From: a virus | Lineage: Duplodnaviria; Caudoviricetes | Direction: 5' to 3' (one strand) | DNA length: 64,000 nucleotides | Virus record (IMG/VR): IMGVR_UViG_3300045596_000094 | Span: 32,001 to 96,000 of that record | Shown: piece by piece, positions 21,110 through 31,891 of the stretch | How the letters are laid out: each line of letters opens with the position of its first letter | Numbering within the stretch: the stretch's first letter is position 1 | Made by a program: the position numbers and the translations under genes | The notes under the pieces: generated by a model | The model's database searches: none | What the model was told of the DNA's origin: nothing | The model's input: only the letters and a program-made list of their open reading frames with translations

Positions 21110-21937
21110 ATGGCTGACTATAGCCTCGATTTGGCTGCAACAAATCCAGCCAACTATATTACCGATACGTATAGACGAGGTACTGGCGCGTGGATATTTG
21201 TTCCTGTGGCTGGTGCTTTCTTTACTCGTGATCTGGTCTTAACAAATACCGTCAATGGTAGACAACTCGAACCTCAAACACAATATCGGGCTTTACATAC
21301 TCAAAAAGAAGCCACTTGGGATTCTGCTAAAGAAGTATGTACTGTGTTAGTGATACTTGATGCTGCCGTCAATGAGGTCGCAGTAACGCGACGGGTAGTG
21401 GGTGGTAAGTTTCAGATTGTCGGCAGTGATGTAGAGAAGATCATCACTGAAGAAGATATTAACAATATCAACTCCTCTACGTGGGGCCAGGTAATCGGGC
21501 AACCTTATCAATTTCCTTTTGATCCGCACAAACACTATACCGAAGATGTCTACGGTTTAGAGCATGTGGTCTATCTATTAGATGAAATTCGTGGATCTAT
21601 CGGCACTGGTGATAAAAATGCTTTTGGTATGGTTTATCAGTTTATCGATAAACAGTTTACTGTGTTAAGTGAAGAAACCGATACTAAACTCAAGCAAATT
21701 GAATCAATCATTGACAATATTGAAGGTAACCGTAAATGGAAACCCGGGGTAATTGTTGCAATGACTAACAACACAAATCCAGCAACCGCGATTGGGTACG
21801 GAACATGGCGTAAACTGACTAACACGCTTCTTTATGGTGTAAACCTCGACAGCGAGTTGGGGCAACGTAAGAAGGTAGGTGAGGGTCCGGATTATCTCAT
21901 GACTGGTGTCTATTACTGGGAACTGGTTAGCGTATAG
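21110..21937 (+). CDS. Short tail protein, gp145/146 family, with baseplate gp10-like C-terminus
   Basis: YSLDLAATNPANYI...VVGG...WGQVIGQPYQFP...H.H module; C-terminal NPATAIGYGTWRKL motif. Confidence 0.7.
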   Translation: MADYSLDLAATNPANYITDTYRRGTGAWIFVPVAGAFFTRDLVLTNTVNGRQLEPQTQYRALHTQKEATWDSAKEVCTVLVILDAAVNEVAVTRRVVGGKFQIVGSDVEKIITEEDINNINSSTWGQVIGQPYQFPFDPHKHYTEDVYGLEHVVYLLDEIRGSIGTGDKNAFGMVYQFIDKQFTVLSEETDTKLKQIESIIDNIEGNRKWKPGVIVAMTNNTNPATAIGYGTWRKLTNTLLYGVNLDSELGQRKKVGEGPDYLMTGVYYWELVSV

Positions 21938-21946
21938 GAATGAGTT

Positions 21947-22810
21947 ATGTTTGACAGTCTTTTAAATCTTTGGAATAAATGGTTTGGTGGATCCACTACA
22001 CCAACACCTTCGGAACCAGAAGTCGTTTCACACGGCAGTCACGTACATCTCAAATATAACCTACAATTAGGTGTAATTGATACCCCAATTCCTGGAGAGA
22101 TTAACGGTGACCAATGGGATAGTTTTAATCCCAACCCATTAGCTTCTTCAGTACAGGCTTTGGTTGCTTCTGATGAATTCAAAGCGAGTGCTGCGCTGGC
22201 TAAGCGCCTAACAAAACAAACGATCATTGCTGCAGTGATCGATGTCGAAGCTGGTTACGTGAATCATCCTAACGATAAAGGTGGTGAAACTAACTTTGGT
22301 ATTACCAAAGCGGTGGCTGCTGAAAATAAAACCATGTTGGTGAAGAAATTCAACTGGGATGGTACGATGAAAGGGTTGTCGTACGATATGGCTTTCGCTT
22401 TATACGAACTACAATACTGGACACCGTTACGTTTAGATGACATCGTGAACATCGAACCTTTATTGGCCGATAAGTTATTTGATATTGGTGTGAACTGCGG
22501 CGTATCTCGTTCAGGACTTTGGTTAAAACAAATTCTGAACGTTTTAAACCGTGAAGGTAAGGACTATGCCGATATCAGCACAACCACAGGGTTTGTTGGT
22601 GATCAGACAGTGCAAACGATCAAATCTTTAGTTCGTGTGCGCGGACATAAGCCCGCAATGAAAGCTTTGTTGACTGCGCTTCTTTGTCGGCAAGGTTATC
22701 ACTACATCGATATCAGTATCAGTCGTCCGGCAAACGAAGCGTTTACTTTTGGTTGGTTGACTAATCGAATGCAACATCATCTAGATCTCTATTCTGAGCT
22801 ATTTGGTTGA
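21947..22810 (+). CDS. Endolysin, glycoside hydrolase family 108 with PG_binding_3-type C-terminus
   Basis: EAGYVNHPNDKGGETNFGIT, LFDIGVNCG and NEAFTFGWLTNR motifs. Confidence 0.92.
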   Translation: MFDSLLNLWNKWFGGSTTPTPSEPEVVSHGSHVHLKYNLQLGVIDTPIPGEINGDQWDSFNPNPLASSVQALVASDEFKASAALAKRLTKQTIIAAVIDVEAGYVNHPNDKGGETNFGITKAVAAENKTMLVKKFNWDGTMKGLSYDMAFALYELQYWTPLRLDDIVNIEPLLADKLFDIGVNCGVSRSGLWLKQILNVLNREGKDYADISTTTGFVGDQTVQTIKSLVRVRGHKPAMKALLTALLCRQGYHYIDISISRPANEAFTFGWLTNRMQHHLDLYSELFG

Positions 22811-22825
22811 TGTTAAATAAAAAAA

Positions 22826-22875
22826 GCATAAGCTTGATAGAGTAGAGTCCGAAAGGACTCTACTCTATTTATGCC
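22826..22875. terminator. Bidirectional intrinsic terminator
   Basis: 14-bp stem ATAGAGTAGAGTCC-GAAA-GGACTCTACTCTAT flanked by GCATAA...TTATGC. Confidence 0.88.
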
Positions 22876-23080
22876 ATTTCGAATGGGCAATCTTGTTGTG
22901 GTGAATTCGTTTAATTAAATAACCAGACCCCATGAGGAATAAACCAAAGAAGACAGTGGCTAAACCAAGTAAGATCAGACCCGCAACAGAACGACTGATG
23001 GTGTAAACAAATATAGTTAAGCATGTCATTCCGATAAAACAGAACTTGTAAAAATTGTGAAGGATTGTTAATAAAAGCAT
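22865..23080 (-). CDS. Small membrane protein (2 predicted TM helices, basic C-tail)
   Basis: 71 aa with two hydrophobic stretches and KRIHHNKIAHSKWHK tail; AAGGA RBS. Confidence 0.65.
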   Translation of the reverse strand: MLLLTILHNFYKFCFIGMTCLTIFVYTISRSVAGLILLGLATVFFGLFLMGSGYLIKRIHHNKIAHSKWHK

Positions 23081-23110
23081 GAGGTTGATTCCTTAATGAT
23101 AGACATAGAT

Positions 23111-23136
23111 ATACTGCACTCCGAAGAGCACAGTAT
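23111..23136 (-). terminator. Hairpin with cUUCGg loop ending the ligA-led operon
   Basis: Minus strand ATACTGTGCTC-TTCG-GAGTGCAGTAT. Confidence 0.7.
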
Positions 23137-23144
23137 TGAAACGA

Positions 23145-23663
23145 TTACGATTCTTTTGAAAAGACTTCAATGATCTTAGGGTGTTTTAAACGTTTAATAT
23201 CCACGGAGCGTAGTTGACGGTTCTTCTTATACGTTCCGTCAAGGATATCCTTCATTCCACGGGTTGTGTGCTCAATACCTCTGACAATAGAACGCCATCG
23301 CATCACCACCAAGGCATTTTGATCTGAATCATTGAGTTTGTCTTCGCCGAGACTTGCGCGAAATTCTTGATGTTTTGATTTATCTGAAAGAAGTTCTTGG
23401 GCTGATTTAAGAAGTAAGATAGTGAGTTTATTGAAGACTGAACTATCTTTTTCATCTAAACGTTGTAAGCGATGAATGATGGCTTCTAATAAAAGTTCAT
23501 TACTGACCCCATTAACATCAGAAGCTAACGTTCCTTGCTGGAAAGGGAGTTCTTCAACATGAATAATCCCTTCTGCATTAGCTCGATATTCAACCACATA
23601 CACACCGTCTTCAAAACACAATTTGTTCCCTAAAGGGTCGGTATAGATATGTTGATTATTCAC
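23145..23663 (-). CDS. Tad1-like protein (candidate immune-signal sponge) with C-terminal extension
   Basis: LPFQQG......NGVSNELLLEAIIHRLQ.....SS..N matches the Tad1-family pattern FQ.G...GV...DLL.I..DRL..FQ...SREN. Confidence 0.65.
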   Translation of the reverse strand: MNNQHIYTDPLGNKLCFEDGVYVVEYRANAEGIIHVEELPFQQGTLASDVNGVSNELLLEAIIHRLQRLDEKDSSVFNKLTILLLKSAQELLSDKSKHQEFRASLGEDKLNDSDQNALVVMRWRSIVRGIEHTTRGMKDILDGTYKKNRQLRSVDIKRLKHPKIIEVFSKES

Positions 23664-24000
23664 GAGTTGGTTTCATCCCACGAGTTTCTGCAACCATCTG
23701 TTCGAAAGTTTTGAAATAGGGGATTTCGCTACTATCGTCTAAATCATCATCCAGTTCAGCTGCCAAGGTAGCTTCTGTTTTCTTCTTACGCATTTCTTCG
23801 ATCGCCTGAACCGTGCGGTCTCGATCAAACTGTTTCAAAATAGGGATTAGTCGGTCTATGAGATTAGCCCAAGGATACCCCGAGCACGTTGGGCTGCGGG
23901 TAAGATTAGAGATTCGTCTTAAAACATCCCGCATCTTCTCTTCATTGTTTTCAGCAATGAAGAGATTAGTTTCTTGTTCAAGAACTTGATAAGAATTCAC
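23656..24000 (-). CDS. Hypothetical protein
   Basis: 114 aa; GTG start with GGAG RBS, coupled to neighbours. Confidence 0.7.
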   Translation of the reverse strand: MNSYQVLEQETNLFIAENNEEKMRDVLRRISNLTRSPTCSGYPWANLIDRLIPILKQFDRDRTVQAIEEMRKKKTEATLAAELDDDLDDSSEIPYFKTFEQMVAETRGMKPTRE

Positions 24001-25004
24001 TATTTACTCCCGTTAATTTCATTGGTCAAAGTTTTAGAAGTTGTCCCATAACGTACTAATTGGGGTTCAATGGTTTCTTTAATGAACGTACGTAGTAGGG
24101 CTTCGTTTGGATGTGGTGGGGTGATTAAGTAATCCGCTAAATCTTTGTAGGCGTTTGGGTGACTTAGGATACTTAGCAAGATTTCATTTGTAACAGTACC
24201 GAACGCGAGTTTATACGCGTGGATTGCACGATGGTAGACCTGGTAGTCTTCCTCTTCTTGCAAAGAAGGGTTGAGTTTCCAGATGTTTTCCATAATAGCA
24301 CTAATGGTCGGGTTCGCCTTATCTAATAAAGGATTGCTTGATGAAGCAATAGCTTCTGCAATTGAATCACCAGAAACCCAGAAACCTTTTTCATGCATTG
24401 CAAATGCAAATAGAATAGACTTAGATGGGCGGAAGGTTGAACTCACTCGATTAATATTGGCATCGAAGTTTTGTTGCACAAACCAATCTTTTCCAGAGTA
24501 AGCACGTAAGGTCAAAACGCCTTCATTTACTTTCGGAATGATTTCGTTCACACCAGTATAGGTGAAGCTGTAGGATTCATCAAATGGAATCAATGAAAGA
24601 TTACCGATCTCTTTACGGAAGTACGCCGGTGTTGGTTCGTCGTCTAAACGAATAATCTCGATCAATGCAATGGGCGCATGCGTGCCTAGAACGGCTTGGG
24701 TCAACAGAGCCGGAAGGTTTCCTAATGTATCATATTCACGAATTAAATCGGTATTAGGTACATAGATCTCATAATCGATCCATTGAAATTCAGCAGCAAC
24801 GCCATCTGGCGGAGTGATTATCGTTTTAACTTTACGAAGTACCTTACCTTGTTTCAGTAAGGTTTCTAGAAAAACGTCTAAGGTATTTACATAGTCTTCA
24901 GAAATTGAGATTCGTGCTAAGGTGACTTCTTTTAACGGGAGATTACTGTTTTCCAAATTTATTTTGTACGAGTTTTCGTAAGATAACATTTCTATTTTCC
25001 TCAA
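24000..25004 (-). CDS. Hypothetical protein
   Basis: 334-aa ORF in a tightly packed operon. Confidence 0.7.
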   Translation of the reverse strand: MRKIEMLSYENSYKINLENSNLPLKEVTLARISISEDYVNTLDVFLETLLKQGKVLRKVKTIITPPDGVAAEFQWIDYEIYVPNTDLIREYDTLGNLPALLTQAVLGTHAPIALIEIIRLDDEPTPAYFRKEIGNLSLIPFDESYSFTYTGVNEIIPKVNEGVLTLRAYSGKDWFVQQNFDANINRVSSTFRPSKSILFAFAMHEKGFWVSGDSIAEAIASSSNPLLDKANPTISAIMENIWKLNPSLQEEEDYQVYHRAIHAYKLAFGTVTNEILLSILSHPNAYKDLADYLITPPHPNEALLRTFIKETIEPQLVRYGTTSKTLTNEINGSK

Positions 25005-25641
25005 ATTTCTTAAAAGACCAACCGTTCATTTTATCACAGGTTCTTGGTCGGTGTCTGAACTCAGTGTTATGCGGATCTAAAGGATCGTATTCGTAGTTAA
25101 TGGTAGCTACATTTTCGATTTCAAATCGCTCATTGTCTAGACCATCATCGTAAGGTAGAACTGGGTAACTATCAATACGGATCATAAAGGCATCAGTACC
25201 GCTATCCATAAAATCCATCGCGATTTCAGCTAAGAGGCGTCTAATCTCCGGCAAGGTGTTACGTTGACGATGTTTATAGGTAAGTTCGTAATGATCCAAT
25301 TCTTCATTACTTAAACCTTCAGATTCCACCCCTCGAGGAAGAGAATATATGGTGATCTTAACATCCCAATAGATTCGCATTAACATGTAAAGATCTATAT
25401 TTGGGCCGACCTTTTCATATGTCTTGGTCAAAAGATTAATTCGGAAATACGCCTTTCCGTAATCATGAACCAAAGCTTCCATAAGTTCACGGGTCTGCCC
25501 TTTATCCATTGATTCTAATCGCCCTAGGGCAACGGCAGTTTCATTTCGTCTATTAAATAAACCTGTGGTTGCTAGGTTGTTTGAGTGGGTTATGGTTTTA
25601 GGGCGATACGCTTTCTTACGATTCTTTGGTTTAAGTGCCAT
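24943..25641 (-). CDS. Hypothetical protein with basic N-terminus
   Basis: 232 aa, KPKNRKKAYRPK N-terminus, AAGGA RBS. Confidence 0.72.
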   Translation of the reverse strand: MALKPKNRKKAYRPKTITHSNNLATTGLFNRRNETAVALGRLESMDKGQTRELMEALVHDYGKAYFRINLLTKTYEKVGPNIDLYMLMRIYWDVKITIYSLPRGVESEGLSNEELDHYELTYKHRQRNTLPEIRRLLAEIAMDFMDSGTDAFMIRIDSYPVLPYDDGLDNERFEIENVATINYEYDPLDPHNTEFRHRPRTCDKMNGWSFKKFEENRNVILRKLVQNKFGKQ

Positions 25642-25689
25642 GATAATTCTATTCCTTGATAAGGTGATTTTTACGTTGGGTGCAGCTAA

Positions 25690-26232
25690 TTAAAATATTT
25701 CAAGATAATGATCAAACGTCAATTCAGTGTCTTTATGTTTTTCCAAATATGATTGAATTACATTACTATCATCCACAGAGGGTTCAGCATTAAACATTGT
25801 GAAATGAGCGCCCGCGTCTTCACCTAAAAGGATAACTTGACCATCTTCCTCAACGAAGAACGCACCAAATGAGAACGCATGGATGGTAAGGCCTTTACGT
25901 CGTGGATGCGCGATAGAAGTTTTCATTAACTGAAAAATAATTCCCGTATCTTGAGAAACGTAGGATACGCCACCATGAGAAATACCTGCAGGGATTTGGT
26001 GTTCTAAACAGAAAGTAACCCAAATGTTTAGAATCTCTGCGCGTGCCGCATTGATTTTATCGTGATGTTCTTCGTTGCCAGAAAATGTAAGTTTTGCGAG
26101 TTGGTCCAGCGTATCTTGGAGCTGTCGCATGAATGTTCCGTCAAGAGGAATCGGTTGACATAACGGTGGCAACATCGCTTTAAACTCTGGTGAGCGATGA
26201 ATCATTAATTCTGGACTATCTAAAAAGTTCAT
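25690..26232 (-). CDS. Hypothetical protein (possible paralog of 29156..29731)
   Basis: 180 aa, AAGGA RBS. Confidence 0.72.
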   Translation of the reverse strand: MNFLDSPELMIHRSPEFKAMLPPLCQPIPLDGTFMRQLQDTLDQLAKLTFSGNEEHHDKINAARAEILNIWVTFCLEHQIPAGISHGGVSYVSQDTGIIFQLMKTSIAHPRRKGLTIHAFSFGAFFVEEDGQVILLGEDAGAHFTMFNAEPSVDDSNVIQSYLEKHKDTELTFDHYLEIF

Positions 26233-26276
26233 GGTAATTCCTTGAAGGCGGGTCAGAGAAACTGACCCAGATTTAT

Positions 26277-26759
26277 TTAAATTCTGCGTTTGCTGTTTTC
26301 ACGAGCTTCGGCTGTAATACGTTCTAGAATACGCACATTTGCTTCTTCGATTGCATCAGTAATCTGTTTGAATACAGCAGAGATCCATACCGCGATATTG
26401 CCCTGGATGTATGTTTTCATACCCACTACCATAGAGGTACTGAAATTACTTTTAGATTCTAATCCATCACCTGTGGTTTCCATGTAGATTTTGTAAGAAC
26501 CTTCTTCCAGTTTGATCTCAATACGGAAACAGCTTTCTACCGAATCAGTTCCAATTAAACCTTTAAGTCTTAGCTGATATACCCCCTCGGGTTGATCTGG
26601 AACTCGATCCATTTCTTTAAAGAGGGTATCAGCGAAATCGATTGAGGCTTGTCGTGAATTAGAAAAGCTTTTTAAATCGTAAAATTGGCCATCTTTGGCG
26701 ATCGTGGCAATGCGTCGTTCACCGTACTGGTATCGAATATTTTCTTTTTGGTCTGTCAT
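26277..26759 (-). CDS. Hypothetical protein
   Basis: 160 aa, GGAG RBS; followed by hairpin 26250-26268. Confidence 0.72.
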   Translation of the reverse strand: MTDQKENIRYQYGERRIATIAKDGQFYDLKSFSNSRQASIDFADTLFKEMDRVPDQPEGVYQLRLKGLIGTDSVESCFRIEIKLEEGSYKIYMETTGDGLESKSNFSTSMVVGMKTYIQGNIAVWISAVFKQITDAIEEANVRILERITAEARENSKRRI

Positions 26760-26762
26760 GCT

Positions 26763-27095
26763 TTACTCCGGAACAATGATATCATCGTGGTGGGCATCCA
26801 CTACGATAAAGTTTACAACAGGCTCGTCTTTATTGATTTCAGCTAACTTAGTTGAGCGATTAGAAAGTTGTAATTTAAGATACCCACAATACCCTTCTTC
26901 TGCAAATGAGGCACCAAGACTTAAACCCATATCCCCGAACTTCTTACGAACACTGATGATAACGGTTTTTCCTTTTGGAACCGAAATCTTTTCTTTGATA
27001 TCAATTGTGCCAAATGAGCCCGGCTCAATCTCAACCCGTTTACTTGCTGAGAGTTCGCGTTTTACAGGTAATGGGGTAGGTGGAATAAATGTCAT
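26763..27095 (-). CDS. Degenerate trimeric dUTPase / dCTP deaminase-fold protein
   Basis: VEIEPG...EKISVPKG....I..R..FG..GL......EEGYCG.LKLQL.N......I.KDE.VVNF aligns by eye to the dUTPase beta-clip; catalytic motifs altered, motif V absent. Confidence 0.7.
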   Translation of the reverse strand: MTFIPPTPLPVKRELSASKRVEIEPGSFGTIDIKEKISVPKGKTVIISVRKKFGDMGLSLGASFAEEGYCGYLKLQLSNRSTKLAEINKDEPVVNFIVVDAHHDDIIVPE

Positions 27096-27541
27096 GCGGC
27101 TTCTCCGAACATTTTGGTCATTTGTAAAATCTTACGCCAACGAATGTTGTCTAGAACAGTGGTTGGTTTTGTTTCATAGTTACTGCGGATCGATTTAAAA
27201 TCTACTGTCACCGCTTTTTGAACAACTGTATTGCGCCCAAGTATCTCTACCCAGGTATGGTTTGTTGGTTGTTCGAGACTATCAACAATGAAAGCGCCAC
27301 CAAGCGGTCGCCCTGAGATAGGTACGTTTTTAAACTTCAATGCAGTAGGCATTTTAAAATTGGTCTTACATAAGTCACGCCCATTAATGTATTCTTCGAT
27401 CAACCCATGTAAATCAAAACCGAACAAGTCCACATGCCCTTTAATATCACGTGTTACATCGATATCCCCGCTGATGATAAAGAGGAAGCGGTTACAGAAT
27501 AACGTAACATAAACCGTATCTGTAAGTGATAAGATTCGCAT
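27092..27541 (-). CDS. Hypothetical protein
   Basis: 149 aa, translationally coupled. Confidence 0.65.
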   Translation of the reverse strand: MRILSLTDTVYVTLFCNRFLFIISGDIDVTRDIKGHVDLFGFDLHGLIEEYINGRDLCKTNFKMPTALKFKNVPISGRPLGGAFIVDSLEQPTNHTWVEILGRNTVVQKAVTVDFKSIRSNYETKPTTVLDNIRWRKILQMTKMFGEAA

Positions 27542-27972
27542 TAAAGGGGGAAGCTTAGGGAACTCTGCGTAAAACTGTTCCCAATTTCACGCATGAAATG
27601 GAAACGATTTCTTTTGATCGGATATGACTTAGTCATTGATACTAGATTGATAATATCAATCAAAGGTTGGTGATAACCCTTACCTAGACCTGGCGGATCT
27701 TGTTGGAGAACCGTTTCGTAAAAGTTTTCTGGGAAAGTAAATTCACCATCCACCACTACAGGTGCACAACCCAGTATCCCTTCATCGGAAAGCGTACCTA
27801 CGTTTAAACCAGAAGTAGTCAGGGTGTTGTAAATCGTAGTTGCGGCATTGATCCCACCAATAAAGGTTTGAGTGTCTTTTGGTAGGATTTGTTTATTTGG
27901 ACCAATGGTGCCTGACATGCCGGCTTTGTTGTTTAGGTACGAATGGTATTTCGGAAAGTTAATTAAAGACAT
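27541..27972 (-). CDS. Hypothetical protein
   Basis: 143 aa, AGGAG RBS. Confidence 0.7.
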   Translation of the reverse strand: MSLINFPKYHSYLNNKAGMSGTIGPNKQILPKDTQTFIGGINAATTIYNTLTTSGLNVGTLSDEGILGCAPVVVDGEFTFPENFYETVLQQDPPGLGKGYHQPLIDIINLVSMTKSYPIKRNRFHFMREIGNSFTQSSLSFPL

Positions 27973-27987
27973 TGTGATCTCCTAGGA

Positions 27988-28566
27988 TCATTTTACGTTA
28001 AAGTATTTTCGGATAAAATCGTAATGCTCTACCAGTAACCCTGCATTAGATTCTCCGTTTTCGATACGGAGAACATTAGATGTCGGGATTGGGTAGAGGT
28101 CGAAAGAATCATCTAATACGAGATAATCAAAATTGTGTTCGCCGTGGTCTAATAGCCATTGACGAATTTCATGACCCCGCCAGTAGCGAGTGTCTTCTTT
28201 TACCTGAACAGAATTATACCAAACCGAATCGATGTATTCTTTCAAAATCGATTCATGGTTGTCTGGTAATTGAGAGAAAGGTTCTTTTACATGAGAGACT
28301 GTTCGCCAGTCATCATGAATATTCAAACGGATGTTTGTAGCGTAGTAAATACTGTCAGAGAATGCTTCTTTAGACTTATGTAGTTTTCTTCTTGCTGAAG
28401 AAACAACAATTTTAAAGTTACACTCTGTCTGGAGTGACCTGAGCATAAGTACCGCTACGGGATCGTAATTCATATTTAGAATACTGTTCCGTAGCGATGA
28501 AATTACCCCGTCGATATCTAAGAATATAATTCTTTGTTTATCCATAAACTTTACTGTCAACACCAC
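27988..28566 (-). CDS. HAD-superfamily phosphatase (Swiss-army-knife RNA-repair-like HAD domain)
   Basis: IIFLDIDGVI, IVVSSARR, RGHEIRQWL and YLVLDD motifs. Confidence 0.85.
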   Translation of the reverse strand: MVLTVKFMDKQRIIFLDIDGVISSLRNSILNMNYDPVAVLMLRSLQTECNFKIVVSSARRKLHKSKEAFSDSIYYATNIRLNIHDDWRTVSHVKEPFSQLPDNHESILKEYIDSVWYNSVQVKEDTRYWRGHEIRQWLLDHGEHNFDYLVLDDSFDLYPIPTSNVLRIENGESNAGLLVEHYDFIRKYFNVK

Positions 28567-29078
28567 CGCGTAATGTTTAAATCATCGATATCGCGGATCA
28601 TTGCACTAAGCCCTGCCAAGAGATCACTTGTCTGGTCATCGACATTAAACTCAACAGTCAGGTTCGATGTGGTCCAGTTATCTCGATTGGAATCCGCTTG
28701 ATTCTCAGGGGTAAACGTAACACCACAAATTTCTTTCAATGTGCTGTTTTCAAACATACTTTTCACTAATGGAAACATATTAGCTGCCGCACCATCAATT
28801 GTGAATTCCCAATTACCTAGAATGTCACCATAAGCAAGATCAGTAATGCGATCCAACAAGTATAATAGTGACATAGGTGGGATGTTTAATAACTTGGAAA
28901 CTTCGATAAGATATAACCACGATTCGCCATTTAAATCGGGCAGTTCCTCTTCTTCAAGTAGTATTTCGATACGCTCGTCCGAAATACCGCAAGCTTTATA
29001 TAAATCGTTATCGTAACCGAAATGCGCAGCTATGCGCTCACGAACAGAAACGGGTAGGTCTGATGATAATTCTAACAT
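28557..29078 (-). CDS. Acidic protein with XRE/Cro-like HTH pattern
   Basis: DLYKACGISDERIEILL...LIEVSKLLNIPPMSLL; GGAG RBS. Confidence 0.5.
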   Translation of the reverse strand: MLELSSDLPVSVRERIAAHFGYDNDLYKACGISDERIEILLEEEELPDLNGESWLYLIEVSKLLNIPPMSLLYLLDRITDLAYGDILGNWEFTIDGAAANMFPLVKSMFENSTLKEICGVTFTPENQADSNRDNWTTSNLTVEFNVDDQTSDLLAGLSAMIRDIDDLNITRWC

Positions 29079-29155
29079 TGGTGTTCTCCATTACGAGGTT
29101 TAGGCGCAACACATTAATGCGCCCTTTTGTTAATTAACTTAGGTATAAAAAGTAC

Positions 29156-29731
29156 TTAGGATTTCAGTTGGATGTCCGATTCTATTATTTCTAGGATATC
29201 TGTAACGGTCATGTCGCCTTTAGCTGCTTTCTCCATGATGCCGGGGTGGCGATCTTCCAAGGATTGAGAAACGCCAACCAAAACCACTTGACCCATTTCC
29301 TGCAATTGATCTGAGTTTGGCTGCTCGATGTATTGTAAAACCCATTTAGCATTAATAGATTCTTCAGAGCCTTCAATAGTAAAATTACCTTGACCGAAGA
29401 TGAACACAAAAGGACTATGCGGAACAGCTAACTGGAACAACGCTAGGGGTTGTTTATTGTCAGCAAACATAACGTCAGCTAATTTCAGTAAGTCGTCATA
29501 CATTCGCTCAGCGGCTTGCTGCATTTCTTCTGTTTGAGAGCCATCGTCCGGAATATCTGTACTTTGAATAAACGAAATAAAACGATAAGTGATTTTACCG
29601 ATTTGATGGACGATTTCTTCAGGGAGTTCAAAGAACTTTTCTGGTAAGTTACCCAACACACTAAGTACGCGTGGTTGAGTCATAAATGAAACTGGCACAA
29701 AGTTGTGTAGTGGATGTAAAGCGTTTGACAT
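29156..29731 (-). CDS. Hypothetical protein
   Basis: 191 aa, AAGGA RBS. Confidence 0.72.
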   Translation of the reverse strand: MSNALHPLHNFVPVSFMTQPRVLSVLGNLPEKFFELPEEIVHQIGKITYRFISFIQSTDIPDDGSQTEEMQQAAERMYDDLLKLADVMFADNKQPLALFQLAVPHSPFVFIFGQGNFTIEGSEESINAKWVLQYIEQPNSDQLQEMGQVVLVGVSQSLEDRHPGIMEKAAKGDMTVTDILEIIESDIQLKS

Positions 29732-29776
29732 GAGAGAGTCCTTTTTTGTTTAAGAGATAGTTAAAACCCTACCCCA

Positions 29777-31846
<2,070 letters not shown>

Positions 31847-31852
31847 TTACTG

Positions 31853-31878
31853 GGGATTCAAAAGGATAATGTATATTT
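31853..31878 (-). promoter_or_regulatory. Candidate phage early promoter, copy 2 (upstream of ligA)
   Basis: Minus strand AAATATACATTATCCTTTTGAATCCC; 21/26 identity with 15949-15974. Confidence 0.6.
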
Positions 31879-31891
31879 GAAAAAGGTTTAA

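Noticed and set aside
26695-27198. 167-aa plus-strand ORF and the many other short antisense or nested ORFs in the track
   Set aside because: They are shadows of well-supported genes on the other strand or frame and show no recognisable motifs
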